A stretch of 32,000 bases of DNA from positions 1,440,001 through 1,472,000 of the forward strand of contig NZ_CP019633.1 of assembly GCF_001997385.1 (NCBI RefSeq), read 5' to 3'. The DNA comes from Sedimentisphaera cyanobacteriorum. GTDB taxonomy: Bacteria; Planctomycetota; Phycisphaerae; Sedimentisphaerales; Sedimentisphaeraceae. Under the pieces are notes generated by a model. It worked only from the letters and a program-made list of their open reading frames with translations, had not been told where the DNA came from and did no database searches. Both the position numbers and the translations under genes were made by a program. Below, one piece after another: positions 1 to 7,815 of this stretch. How positions within the stretch are numbered: position 1 is the stretch's first letter; every line of letters starts with the position of its first letter.

Positions 1-2
1 GA

Positions 3-203
3 GAAAATACGCTAAGTATCTGTGTAACAAGGATTAGCGCCGGTTCTAAGACGAATCCGGGCGGGTATGCAGGCAGCGAAAATGAAACTGTTTCGCAGTT
101 CGAGATCGACGACGACAGAACGCCTGAAGATGTAGCAAAGGTGATAAGCCAAATGGGTTTTGAACCGGTATGGAAAGACTGGGACGAGGGATTTTCTGAT
201 TAA
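3..203 (+). CDS. 3' end of an unidentified CDS entering from upstream of the window (66 codons plus TAA)
   Basis: Frame 3 is open from the window edge to TAA at 201-203 (...AKVISQMGFEPVWKDWDEGFSD*). It is absent from the ORF track because there is no start codon in the window. An AT-rich spacer follows. I do not recognise the family from this fragment. Confidence 0.45.
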   Translation, partial: ENTLSICVTRISAGSKTNPGGYAGSENETVSQFEIDDDRTPEDVAKVISQMGFEPVWKDWDEGFSD

Positions 204-262
204 GCAATATTTATATCGTTACAGAAAATATTTATTTTTTTTTACTAAAACACAAATTAAAC

Positions 263-290
263 TTGAAATATTACGTAGGAAGTGTATTAT
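263..290 (+). promoter_or_regulatory. Candidate sigma70-like promoter for the Rrf2/MazG-like pair
   Basis: TTGAAA (263-268), 16-nt spacer, TATTAT (285-290), in the AT-rich spacer about 90 nt upstream of the ATG at 380. Pattern match only. Confidence 0.3.
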
Positions 291-379
291 CAATTAAAGT
301 TTGAGAAACCAGGCGAGCCGATTAGCCGGTCGGTTCCCGTTATTGTTAATTGTTTTTAGATTTTGCGGAGGGTTACTAA

Positions 380-781
380 ATGAAATTCAGCAGATCTACA
401 GGTTACGGTTTAATTGCGGCAGCTTACATTGCTAAGAATGGTGATCCGAAGACTGCGATTCTTGCATCAAGCATTGCCAAAGAATTCGACATTCCTCTCG
501 AGTATTTGCTTAAGATTCTTCAGAATCTTGTAAGGGCAAATGTCCTCAGAAGTAAGAGAGGGCCAAGAGGCGGTTTTTATCTTGCAAAGCAGCCGGGCGA
601 TATCAACCTGCTCGAAATTATCGAAGCAGTTGACGGCCCTGCTAACAGCGAGATTCAGCTGCCGGAAAGATGTGAAGAGCTTCCTTATATGAAGCACATC
701 ACAGATGCTTGCAAAGAGGCAGTTGACAAGACAAAGAATGTCTTAGTAAATGTCAAGCTTTCTGCAGTTATCAAAGGCTAA
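380..781 (+). CDS. Rrf2/BadM-family winged-helix transcriptional regulator
   Basis: The N-terminal signature MKFSRSTGYGL...LRSKRGPRGGFYLAKQP...LLEIIEAVDG is typical of Rrf2 family proteins. GGAGGG Shine-Dalgarno (SD) just upstream of the ATG. Only two Cys (C98, C111), so the IscR/NsrR three-Cys cluster pattern is not obvious. Confidence 0.85.
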   Translation: MKFSRSTGYGLIAAAYIAKNGDPKTAILASSIAKEFDIPLEYLLKILQNLVRANVLRSKRGPRGGFYLAKQPGDINLLEIIEAVDGPANSEIQLPERCEELPYMKHITDACKEAVDKTKNVLVNVKLSAVIKG

Positions 782-793
782 TACCTCTCTTCA

Positions 794-1057
794 ATGGAAA
801 TATCAGAATTCCAAAAATTTATTGAAGAGAAGTATGGCGAAGTTGATCGGAAGCGCGGCACTAACGCCACCTTTCTCTGGTTTATTGAAGAGGTTGGAGA
901 GCTTGCTACCGCGCTTTCCGGCGACGACTTTGAAAACAAGCAGGAGGAGTTCGCCGATGTGTTTGCTTGGCTTTGTACACTGGCAAACATCAACGGCGTT
1001 GACTTGGAGAGCGTTATATCTAAGTATCTGGACAACCAGGTTGAGGGATTCAAGTAG
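794..1057 (+). CDS. Small MazG-like nucleotide pyrophosphohydrolase domain protein
   Basis: 87 aa with the MazG-type helical motifs FIEEVGELATAL and EEFADVFAWL (EExxE/ExxD metal-binding pattern). Lies 13 nt downstream of the Rrf2 gene. Confidence 0.75.
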   Translation: MEISEFQKFIEEKYGEVDRKRGTNATFLWFIEEVGELATALSGDDFENKQEEFADVFAWLCTLANINGVDLESVISKYLDNQVEGFK

Positions 1058-1198
1058 TTCAGGCATTGTCGAAGATTAATAATGGGCTTGCTCTGTCTGT
1101 ACACACGTTCTTTGGAACATACGTTAAAAAAACTGCTAAACATGTGTTTAGGGTTGTTAAGTGTTTATTAACTTTATTTAAAACCGGGGGTTTACTCT

Positions 1199-1501
1199 AT
1201 GGCAAAGAAAACTGCTAAGAAAACTGCCAAAAAGACAGCGAAGAAAACATCAACCAAGAAAAGTGCTGCAAAGAAGACGACCAAGAAGAAGACGACCAAG
1301 AAAAAACCAGCAAAGAAGTCAGCACCAAAGGAGCCGCTCATTGTAGCGAGCAAGGTTAAGGCCTACATCAAAGAGGGCGGAAAGATGACAGCATCAGAAA
1401 CTCTTGATGCTATCAACGAAAAGATTTACGCTATGCTTGATGATGCTATGGGCAGAACAGATTCTAATAACAGAAGCACTGTTAAGCCTCAGGACCTATA
1501 A
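1199..1501 (+). CDS. DNA-binding protein: Lys/Ala/Thr-rich H1-like N-terminal tail fused to a short bacterial histone-fold-like C-terminal domain
   Basis: Residues 2-44 are (A/T)KK(T) repeats. Residues about 47-100 (LIVASKVKAYIKEGGKMTASETLDAINEKIYAMLDDAMGRTDSNNRSTVKPQDL) match the pattern I recall for singlet bacterial histone-fold proteins (SKVK..IKE.G.M..S.E..D.L......L...A......RKTV...DL). GGGGG SD upstream and a strong terminator downstream. Confidence 0.65.
   Translation: MAKKTAKKTAKKTAKKTSTKKSAAKKTTKKKTTKKKPAKKSAPKEPLIVASKVKAYIKEGGKMTASETLDAINEKIYAMLDDAMGRTDSNNRSTVKPQDL
1202..1330 (+). repeat. Imperfect tandem 12-nt coding repeats (AKKT units) encoding the lysine-rich tail
   Basis: gcaaagaaaact / gctaagaaaact / gccaaaaagaca / gcgaagaaaaca, followed by degenerate AAG/ACG-rich units. 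Lies inside CDS 1199-1501. Confidence 0.8.
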
Positions 1502-1512
1502 TCAAAAGTCAT

Positions 1513-1546
1513 AAAAGCGGGGCTTAATTTGCTCCGCTTTTTTTTT
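1513..1546 (+). terminator. Rho-independent terminator after the histone-like gene
   Basis: AAGCGGGG / CTCCGCTT stem (8 bp with one G-U), 9-nt loop, then a run of 9 T. Confidence 0.65.
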
Positions 1547-1551
1547 AATCC

Positions 1552-1965
1552 ATGAAGCTCAGCACCCTGTTTATCTCCAGATTAGTATTTTCGCTTGCGG
1601 TATTGGCAACGATACTGCTAATCTATCTTACGCATGCTCCGATGGAGCAGCTCAAAGAAGATTACGGCGGATTTATCCACACATTGGGAGATAAGGCTCT
1701 TCATTTGCTAGCATACGGCGGGGTTGCATTTCTGTACTTTTTAGCAGCAAGATTTGCGGAATTTTCCCGGAAGGCACTGCACCGCCTGCTTGGAGCACTG
1801 CTTGTATTTTCGGCAGTGGATGAAGGGACGCAGGCACTTGTAGGGAGGAATGCGGACTGGCTGGATTTGCTCTTTAATCTGGCGGGGATTGTTATCGGTT
1901 TGTTCTTGAGCAAACTTTTCTATATTATTGCAAAAAAGACTGTCCGGCGTTTTTTCATGGAATAA
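1552..1965 (+). CDS. VanZ-like family membrane protein
   Basis: Four predicted TM segments with VanZ-type motifs GDKALHLLAYG ... VDEGTQALVGRNADWLDLLFNLAGIVIG. Confidence 0.7.
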   Translation: MKLSTLFISRLVFSLAVLATILLIYLTHAPMEQLKEDYGGFIHTLGDKALHLLAYGGVAFLYFLAARFAEFSRKALHRLLGALLVFSAVDEGTQALVGRNADWLDLLFNLAGIVIGLFLSKLFYIIAKKTVRRFFME

Positions 1966-2116
1966 CCCCTTATAAGCACCTTTAAGAGTTTTTTCTGCTT
2001 TTCAGAAAAGTACTGATGAGAATCTGCGCAGTTAATTTTTCTCGTTGAAAAAACAAATTTCTTGAATTAATATTCAGCACCCTTAGATTATTCACATATA
2101 CATTTTTTCAGGAAAT

Positions 2117-3001
2117 ATGAATATGTCTAAAACAAAAGACAGCTCTGAGGATCTTTTTGGCAATCAGCAAAGAAAAAGCACGAGTTACTATGCGGGCAGC
2201 CGGCGGGCACCTTTTGCCTGGTACGGAGGAAAATACTATTATTCGCAGTGGATAATAGAATATTTTCCCGAGCACCGCATATTTATTGAGCCTTTCGGCG
2301 GCGCAGGAAACATACTGATCAACAAAATTGAAAGCGAGGTGGAAATCTTCAATGATTTGGACAGCCGAATCTCAAATTTCTACTACGTTCTCAGGGAAAA
2401 AGAGCTTTTCGAAGAGCTTGAGCGAAGGCTCGCTCTAACCCCGTATTCAAGGGAGGTTTTTGAGAAGGTTATCGCAGAACCCGAGCCGGAAGAGCCGGTG
2501 CACAGGGCATATAACTTCTTCATCAAATGCCGCCAAAGCATGGGAGGCACAGGTATGAGCAGGCTCAGGCCTGCAAGCTGGGTGATGAGCCTGAGAGCAA
2601 GACGCAAGATGGCCGAACCTGTATCGAAATATCTGTCATCCATCGAAGGGCTTGAGCCGATTGCGGAGAGATTCAGGAGCGTGGTGATTGAAAACCTTGA
2701 TGCTGTAAAGCTGATCAGCAAGTACGACCGAAAAGACAGCCTGACATACTGCGACCCGCCCTACCTGCCTGAAACCAGAAACAGCAACACAAACACCTAC
2801 GGATGCGAAATGAGCGTAGAGGAGCATACAACACTGCTCGAAAAACTCAGAGAATGCAGAGGGAAAGTGATTCTCAGCGGGTACGAATCAAATCTCTACT
2901 CAGAAAAGCTCAAAGACTGGCGCAGAGAAGAGCTTGAAACGAAATCTTATATGAAAAATTCAGGGCAAACCAGAACGGAAGTGCTTTGGATGAATTTTTA
3001 A
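2117..3001 (+). CDS. dam: Dam-type (D12 class) N6-adenine DNA methyltransferase, orphan
   Basis: PFAWYGGKYY (Dam N-terminal motif). EPFGGAGNI (FxGxG AdoMet motif) precedes the DPPY catalytic motif at nt 2753-2764, which is the alpha-group order. No restriction endonuclease candidate on either side. Confidence 0.85.
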   Translation: MNMSKTKDSSEDLFGNQQRKSTSYYAGSRRAPFAWYGGKYYYSQWIIEYFPEHRIFIEPFGGAGNILINKIESEVEIFNDLDSRISNFYYVLREKELFEELERRLALTPYSREVFEKVIAEPEPEEPVHRAYNFFIKCRQSMGGTGMSRLRPASWVMSLRARRKMAEPVSKYLSSIEGLEPIAERFRSVVIENLDAVKLISKYDRKDSLTYCDPPYLPETRNSNTNTYGCEMSVEEHTTLLEKLRECRGKVILSGYESNLYSEKLKDWRREELETKSYMKNSGQTRTEVLWMNF

Positions 3002-3020
3002 TCTATGCAGGAGGCAGAAA

Positions 3021-3368
3021 ATGAACGACAGAATAGTTTTTTCCACTGATTCAGGCAGGATGTGCCCTGAATGCGACAGGCCTTTGGATGAATGCATCTG
3101 CTCTGAGATTGAAAAGCCCCGCCCCACAGATGGAATCGTTCGCATAAAGCGGGAAACCAAAGGCCGCAAAGGCAAAGGGATGAGCGTGATTACAGGGCTC
3201 GGGCTTACTGATTCCGATCTAAAAGAGCTCACGAGCGAGCTGAAGAAAAAGTGCGGCTGCGGGGGAAGCATGAAGGAAGGCAGAATCGAAATTCAAGGCG
3301 AAAAGCGTGATCAGCTTGAGAAAATTCTCAAAGACAAAGGATACAAAGTAAAGCAGGCTGGCGGATAA
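3021..3368 (+). CDS. yciH: SUI1/YciH-family translation initiation factor-like protein
   Basis: DGIVRIKRETKGRKGKGMSVITGL...LKKKCGCGGS...IEIQGEKRDQL...GYKVKQAGG is the classic YciH/eIF1 domain. AGGAGG SD upstream. Lies 19 nt after the methyltransferase gene. Confidence 0.9.
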   Translation: MNDRIVFSTDSGRMCPECDRPLDECICSEIEKPRPTDGIVRIKRETKGRKGKGMSVITGLGLTDSDLKELTSELKKKCGCGGSMKEGRIEIQGEKRDQLEKILKDKGYKVKQAGG

Positions 3369-3377
3369 GCAGAGCCC

Positions 3378-4433
3378 CTAATCGAGCATTTCTCTGAGCC
3401 TCGAACATACATCCTCAACGCTTGCTTCGCTGAATTCAGAGAAGCTTTTTTCCGGCTGAACAGTTATGTTTGCCCTGCCCCCCAGCGGGGAAAATCTGTT
3501 AGGATCGGTTTTCCCGAAAACAGCAAGCACCGGCAGCCCCATAAGCCCTGCCAGATGAGTTACGCCCGAATCATTACCAAGAAAGATATCCGTATGGGTA
3601 AGCAGGCTCACTGCCTGTTCAATGCTGAGCCCTGAAAGCACAGCCCCAGCGTTTTCAAGACGCCGCACATCATCGCAGGTGAAACGCTCCTGTTCAACAT
3701 AACCAAGCAGGAAGATTGGCCTAAAGCCTTCTGATGAAAGGATTTGAGATGCTTTGATAAAATTCTCAATATGCCAGCACTTAAATCCCCCTCCGCTGCC
3801 AGGGCATATCACTACAAGCCTCTCTGAGCCCTTCAGCCCAACACTGCGGCTTTGCAGCATCTCCCGCCCAGCGTGAACATCGTTTAAGTTTGCCAAAATA
3901 AGCGATTCGTGCTGCTGGTGGAGGTATTTATGCGGATTGTCAATGCCGAAAGCCTCTAATGAAACAAGCTTTCTGTTGAAGAAACTTTCCAGATAAAACC
4001 GGCTTATATGGCCTTGGTAATCCTCCGGCGGGCAGGCAGGAATAATCGAAATCTCAGGCGCGGAGCTAAGGCATGCAGTTACAGCAAGATTAGCTTCAAA
4101 ATCACTCCCCTCCTCGCCCATAAAGCTGATTATCCAGTCGTAAAAGCTGAATTTCTCTGCAAGGTCTTTCTCCGCTGAAGGATCGAAGTCTTTGCTCGGC
4201 AGAAAAAGCCTTGATATGCTGGCTGAGCTTATATCGCTTATTCTGTCTATGCTCGTTCTTCCCGGGAAGAAGGATATGTTCCTTATCTGGCCGAAAAAAT
4301 CGATGCTGGCAAGGCCGAGGCGGGATTTGAGGTAGTCTGCAAGTTTAAGCGTTAAGATGCAGTCGCCCAGAGCTCCCGGGTGGAGAATGAGCCCCCTGCC
4401 TCTGGTTACCATATCATCATAATAGTAAAACAT
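3378..4433 (-). CDS. Glycosyltransferase family 9 (heptosyltransferase-like)
   Basis: LILHPGALGDCILT near the N-terminus, VVICPGSGGGFKCW, and LGNDSGVTHLAGLMGLPVLAVFG are GT9 hallmarks. Confidence 0.8.
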   Translation of the reverse strand: MFYYYDDMVTRGRGLILHPGALGDCILTLKLADYLKSRLGLASIDFFGQIRNISFFPGRTSIDRISDISSASISRLFLPSKDFDPSAEKDLAEKFSFYDWIISFMGEEGSDFEANLAVTACLSSAPEISIIPACPPEDYQGHISRFYLESFFNRKLVSLEAFGIDNPHKYLHQQHESLILANLNDVHAGREMLQSRSVGLKGSERLVVICPGSGGGFKCWHIENFIKASQILSSEGFRPIFLLGYVEQERFTCDDVRRLENAGAVLSGLSIEQAVSLLTHTDIFLGNDSGVTHLAGLMGLPVLAVFGKTDPNRFSPLGGRANITVQPEKSFSEFSEASVEDVCSRLREMLD

Positions 4434-4827
4434 ATATCTAATACCATTAACTGATTAAACAGTTTTAATTTTGCTGCATAAATTATTCTCGCCCACAATA
4501 ATAAGCATAAATACTTCAAAAACAATATACCTTTCCATATTTGCAGCTCACTCGGGGGTGTTTTCAGCAGGTTTTCTCGGTTTTAGTCATCTTTTGCAGC
4601 TTGATTTAGAGCCTCCCGTAAATATTGTGTTATAAGGGCTTTGAGATGATAATTTGGGCAGGATTATCCGATCAGCTTTAGTATTTTTTAGCCATAAAAT
4701 GCATAATATGGTTGTTGAATTTCAAACAAGAAATATAATCGGCTTTTTAGTGAACCATAGAGCCTGGATAGGCGTATGATTTTTTATAAGTTATCATTGC
4801 TAACAGTGTTATTATTTAATAAAAAAA

Positions 4828-6276
4828 TTGAGTTTTTCCAAGAAAAATACAATAAACATTTTGCTGTTTTCCCTTATTGCGTTCTGCTGCGAACCTTTGT
4901 CCGGAGCAGATATTTTAAACGGAAGTTTTGAGATTTTCGACGAAAACGACCCAAACCTCTTTGAGCAAAGCTGGGAAACAACGAATTCAGTTCGATGCGT
5001 CTCTTCATTTGGGACTGCAGATGTATCTTTTGAGTACAGTCAGGCCTCTCAAGTAGAGTGGGATTTAGATCCTGCACAAGCTGTTCACGGGGATTACTTC
5101 GCAGTTCTTTCTACCGGTGATACGGGCTCAGACGACGGGGATTCTATTATGGCAGAGATACGTCAAAAGATCACTTTTCAGCCCGGAGAAGTGATTGGCG
5201 GCGTTTATTATTTTGCAACAGCCGACTACTACGGCTGGAATGATTATGCCAAAATAACACTAAATCCCGCAAGCAGAGAGAGGGAAACAGACCTCTCTAC
5301 TATCGAGATTGAATTCGAAAACGGCAAAACCGAGATGGATGTGGAAACCGTTGGTGATTTCCGTTCAATGGAAAACTGGAGCACGTTCGAATATGAGTTC
5401 ACTGAGCAAACAGCGGGCGAATACTACCTCACCTGCGGCGTTTACGACCGAAACGACCGTATATACAAGAGCTATCTAATGCTTGATAACTTTTATGCAG
5501 GCCTGCCGCAAAGGCTGCGAATCAAAAACTATTTAGAAATTTCCGGCTCTCAGATAGTCTCCAGAAAGATAGATATAAGCAGAAAAGACGACAGATATCC
5601 CAACGCAAAGGACGGATACGATCTCTCGGACAAATGTTTATCCGACACAACTGAGGAAGCCGTTATTTACTCGGATGTTACATATTACAACGACCCCAAC
5701 GACCCCAACAGCTTATCGCTTGATGTGCGTTCAGAAGACAGCACAGCGCCCTACTACCTGAAACTCAGCAGCTACGGAAATTTCAGAGAGCAAACTTCCA
5801 ACAACCTTATATTCACATTCCAGGGAGAGGCCCCCGCATTCGGCGGCAGCTCTATCTTATTCCAGCAGACAAGCAGCCGAGGCACGCCTGAAGACCCCAA
5901 CGGGCTGAATGAATTCTATCCGTTATATGACGTCAGAGCTGCTATAGAAGGCAATGAGGGGGTTATACCTCTAAAAGACCTGCCCCCCGGAGAATACAGA
6001 CATTCAGAGCCATACGGAAGCGGAGTTCTATATATAGGGAACCGCATCCTGGCAGATTTCAACGAAAGCAGCAAGGCTGATATGGAAGACTTCAGCATAC
6101 TTGCAAGAAACTGGATGAATCACCAGATACCCGCCGGCTACAAAAACTTAACTGCAAACATTTCAGGGGCAAACGGGATTCCCGACTATGAGGAGGAAAA
6201 GGCAAAGATAGACCTATGCGACCTCAAGGCACTTAGCTCAGACTGGACAAAAGAGTGCAGAAAGATTGAAGAATAG
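4828..6276 (+). CDS. Secreted hypothetical protein (signal peptide, N-terminal NGSFE-type jelly-roll-like region, two degenerate dockerin-like C-terminal repeats)
   Basis: TTG start. Hydrophobic leader INILLFSLIAFCCEPLSGA. ILNGSFE follows directly. C-terminal DMEDFSILARNWMN and IDLCDLKALSSDW segments. No family recognised with certainty. Confidence 0.6.
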   Translation: MSFSKKNTINILLFSLIAFCCEPLSGADILNGSFEIFDENDPNLFEQSWETTNSVRCVSSFGTADVSFEYSQASQVEWDLDPAQAVHGDYFAVLSTGDTGSDDGDSIMAEIRQKITFQPGEVIGGVYYFATADYYGWNDYAKITLNPASRERETDLSTIEIEFENGKTEMDVETVGDFRSMENWSTFEYEFTEQTAGEYYLTCGVYDRNDRIYKSYLMLDNFYAGLPQRLRIKNYLEISGSQIVSRKIDISRKDDRYPNAKDGYDLSDKCLSDTTEEAVIYSDVTYYNDPNDPNSLSLDVRSEDSTAPYYLKLSSYGNFREQTSNNLIFTFQGEAPAFGGSSILFQQTSSRGTPEDPNGLNEFYPLYDVRAAIEGNEGVIPLKDLPPGEYRHSEPYGSGVLYIGNRILADFNESSKADMEDFSILARNWMNHQIPAGYKNLTANISGANGIPDYEEEKAKIDLCDLKALSSDWTKECRKIEE

Positions 6277-6353
6277 ACTTTATTTTTTCCGATTTCAGTA
6301 ATCTTTCTTTCTATCAACTAATTCCCCTCTGCGTTTTTCTTTGCCGGCATATC

Positions 6354-6381
6354 TTGAAAATAACTGAGGAAAATTTATAAT
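6354..6381 (+). promoter_or_regulatory. Candidate sigma70-like promoter of the 2-oxoacid:ferredoxin oxidoreductase operon
   Basis: TTGAAA (6354-6359), 16-nt spacer, TATAAT (6376-6381). About 90 nt upstream of the ATG at 6470. Confidence 0.45.
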
Positions 6382-6418
6382 TACAAAAATATGCATTCGG
6401 GGGAGAGGGTGCATCTAA

Positions 6419-6450
6419 AATCAGGCTCAAAATGCCTGATTATTGTTTTT
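6419..6450 (+). terminator. Terminator-like hairpin (attenuator of the kor leader, or terminator of the upstream gene)
   Basis: AATCAGGC (6419-6426), loop tcaaaat, GCCTGATT (6434-6441), then attgttttt. Lies between the predicted promoter and the SD/ATG of the ferredoxin gene. Confidence 0.45.
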
Positions 6451-6469
6451 AAGACTAAGGAAAATCCAA

Positions 6470-6736
6470 ATGACTAAAGATAAAGGCAAAAAGCCGTATC
6501 CTATTATTCGGGCAATTGAATGCAAGGCCTGCGGGAGATGCATACTCGACTGCCCTGTAAACGTGCTTGAAATGAGCAAAGAGCTCAACGACAGGGGCTA
6601 CCACTTCGTAAAATACAAAGGCGACGGGTGCATCGGCTGCTGCAACTGCTTTTATACCTGCCCCGAACCAAATGCAATCGAAGTTCACATCCCGGACAAA
6701 GATGATGACAATAAGGGCTCCGGCAAGGAGTCTTAG
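6470..6736 (+). CDS. 2x[4Fe-4S] ferredoxin (delta-type subunit of 2-oxoacid:ferredoxin oxidoreductase)
   Basis: [12 protein letters not shown] and [13 protein letters not shown] cluster motifs. I place the start at ATG 6470 (AAGGA SD) rather than the ORF-track TTG at 6443. Confidence 0.85.
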   Translation: MTKDKGKKPYPIIRAIECKACGRCILDCPVNVLEMSKELNDRGYHFVKYKGDGCIGCCNCFYTCPEPNAIEVHIPDKDDDNKGSGKES

Positions 6737-6755
6737 AATAATGGAGATATAGATA

Positions 6756-7805
6756 ATGGCAACACAACTTGCAAAGGGCAACACCGCAGTAATCATCGGG
6801 GCGCTTTATGCCGGCTGCGACTGCTACTTCGGATACCCAATAACGCCAGCAAGCGAAATCCTCCATGAGGCCTCAAAATATTTCCCTAAGCTGGGAAGAA
6901 ATTTCGTACAGGCAGAAAGCGAGGAAGCTGCAATAAATATGGTTTTCGGTGCAGCTTCCACGGGAAAAAGAGTTATGACAGCTTCTTCCGGCCCGGGCAT
7001 AAGCCTGAAGCAGGAAGGCATATCATACATCGCCGGAGCAGAGCTTCCCGCAGTGATAGTGGATATAATGCGGGCTGGCCCCGGGCTCGGGAATATCGGG
7101 CCGGAGCAGGGAGATTACAATCAGGTAGTCAAAGGCGGGGGACACGGGAACTACCGAACAATCGTTCTTGCCCCAAACAGCGTTCAGGAGATGTGCGATT
7201 TTACTATGAAGGCCTTCGAGCTTTCCTTCAAATACAGAAACCCTGCTTATGTCCTTGCCGACGGGGTGCTGGGGCAGATGATAGAGCCTGTTAGATTTCC
7301 CGAGCAGGCCGTTAAGCCGGAAATAGACAATTCTTGGGCGGTTTCGGGGAATAAGGAAACTATGAAAAACCTTATAACCTCGATCTTCCTCGATTTTACA
7401 GAGCTTGAAGAGTTTAACTTTAAGCTTCAGGAAAAATACAAAAGGATTGAGCACAGCGAACAGAGCTGCGAACTTATCAATACAGAAGATGCAGATGTTG
7501 TGCTTGTTTCATACGGTATCAGCAGCCGAATCGCAAAAAGCGCTGTTGAACAGGCCAGGGGCAAGGGCATAAAAGCAGGACTTCTAAGGCCTATAAGCCT
7601 TTATCCCTTCCCGAAAAATGAGCTCAAACGAATAGCTGAGAGGGATGTAAAATTTATCTCGGTAGAGATGAGCAACGGACAGATGGCCGAGGACATTAAG
7701 GCATCAGTTGAGTACAAACGCGATGTTCATATTGTAAACCGGCTCGGCGGGAATCTGATAACTCAGGAAAAAGTAATGGATAAAATTGCGGAGCTCTCCG
7801 CTTGA
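6756..7805 (+). CDS. 2-oxoacid:ferredoxin oxidoreductase alpha subunit (KorA/VorB type)
   Basis: [28 protein letters not shown]...[30 protein letters not shown] is the conserved OFOR alpha N-terminus. GGAGA SD upstream. Confidence 0.9.
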   Translation: MATQLAKGNTAVIIGALYAGCDCYFGYPITPASEILHEASKYFPKLGRNFVQAESEEAAINMVFGAASTGKRVMTASSGPGISLKQEGISYIAGAELPAVIVDIMRAGPGLGNIGPEQGDYNQVVKGGGHGNYRTIVLAPNSVQEMCDFTMKAFELSFKYRNPAYVLADGVLGQMIEPVRFPEQAVKPEIDNSWAVSGNKETMKNLITSIFLDFTELEEFNFKLQEKYKRIEHSEQSCELINTEDADVVLVSYGISSRIAKSAVEQARGKGIKAGLLRPISLYPFPKNELKRIAERDVKFISVEMSNGQMAEDIKASVEYKRDVHIVNRLGGNLITQEKVMDKIAELSA

Positions 7806-7815
7806 AGGTGTTGAA

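Noticed and set aside
750-1143. Several overlapping ORFs (750-1079 +, 778-1143 -, 803-1066 -) around the MazG-like gene
   Set aside because: Only the 794-1057 + frame gives a recognisable protein (MazG motifs). The others are alternative-frame or antisense shadows without an SD or family features.
1202-1330. Short tandem repeats considered as a CRISPR-like or mobile repeat array
   Set aside because: The units are 12 nt, contiguous with no spacers, in-frame and encode AKKT repeats. This is a coding low-complexity tail.
1966-3400. Dam methyltransferase as part of a restriction-modification system
   Set aside because: Both neighbours are confidently assigned (VanZ-like, YciH). No unassigned ORF of endonuclease size exists nearby, so it is treated as an orphan MTase.
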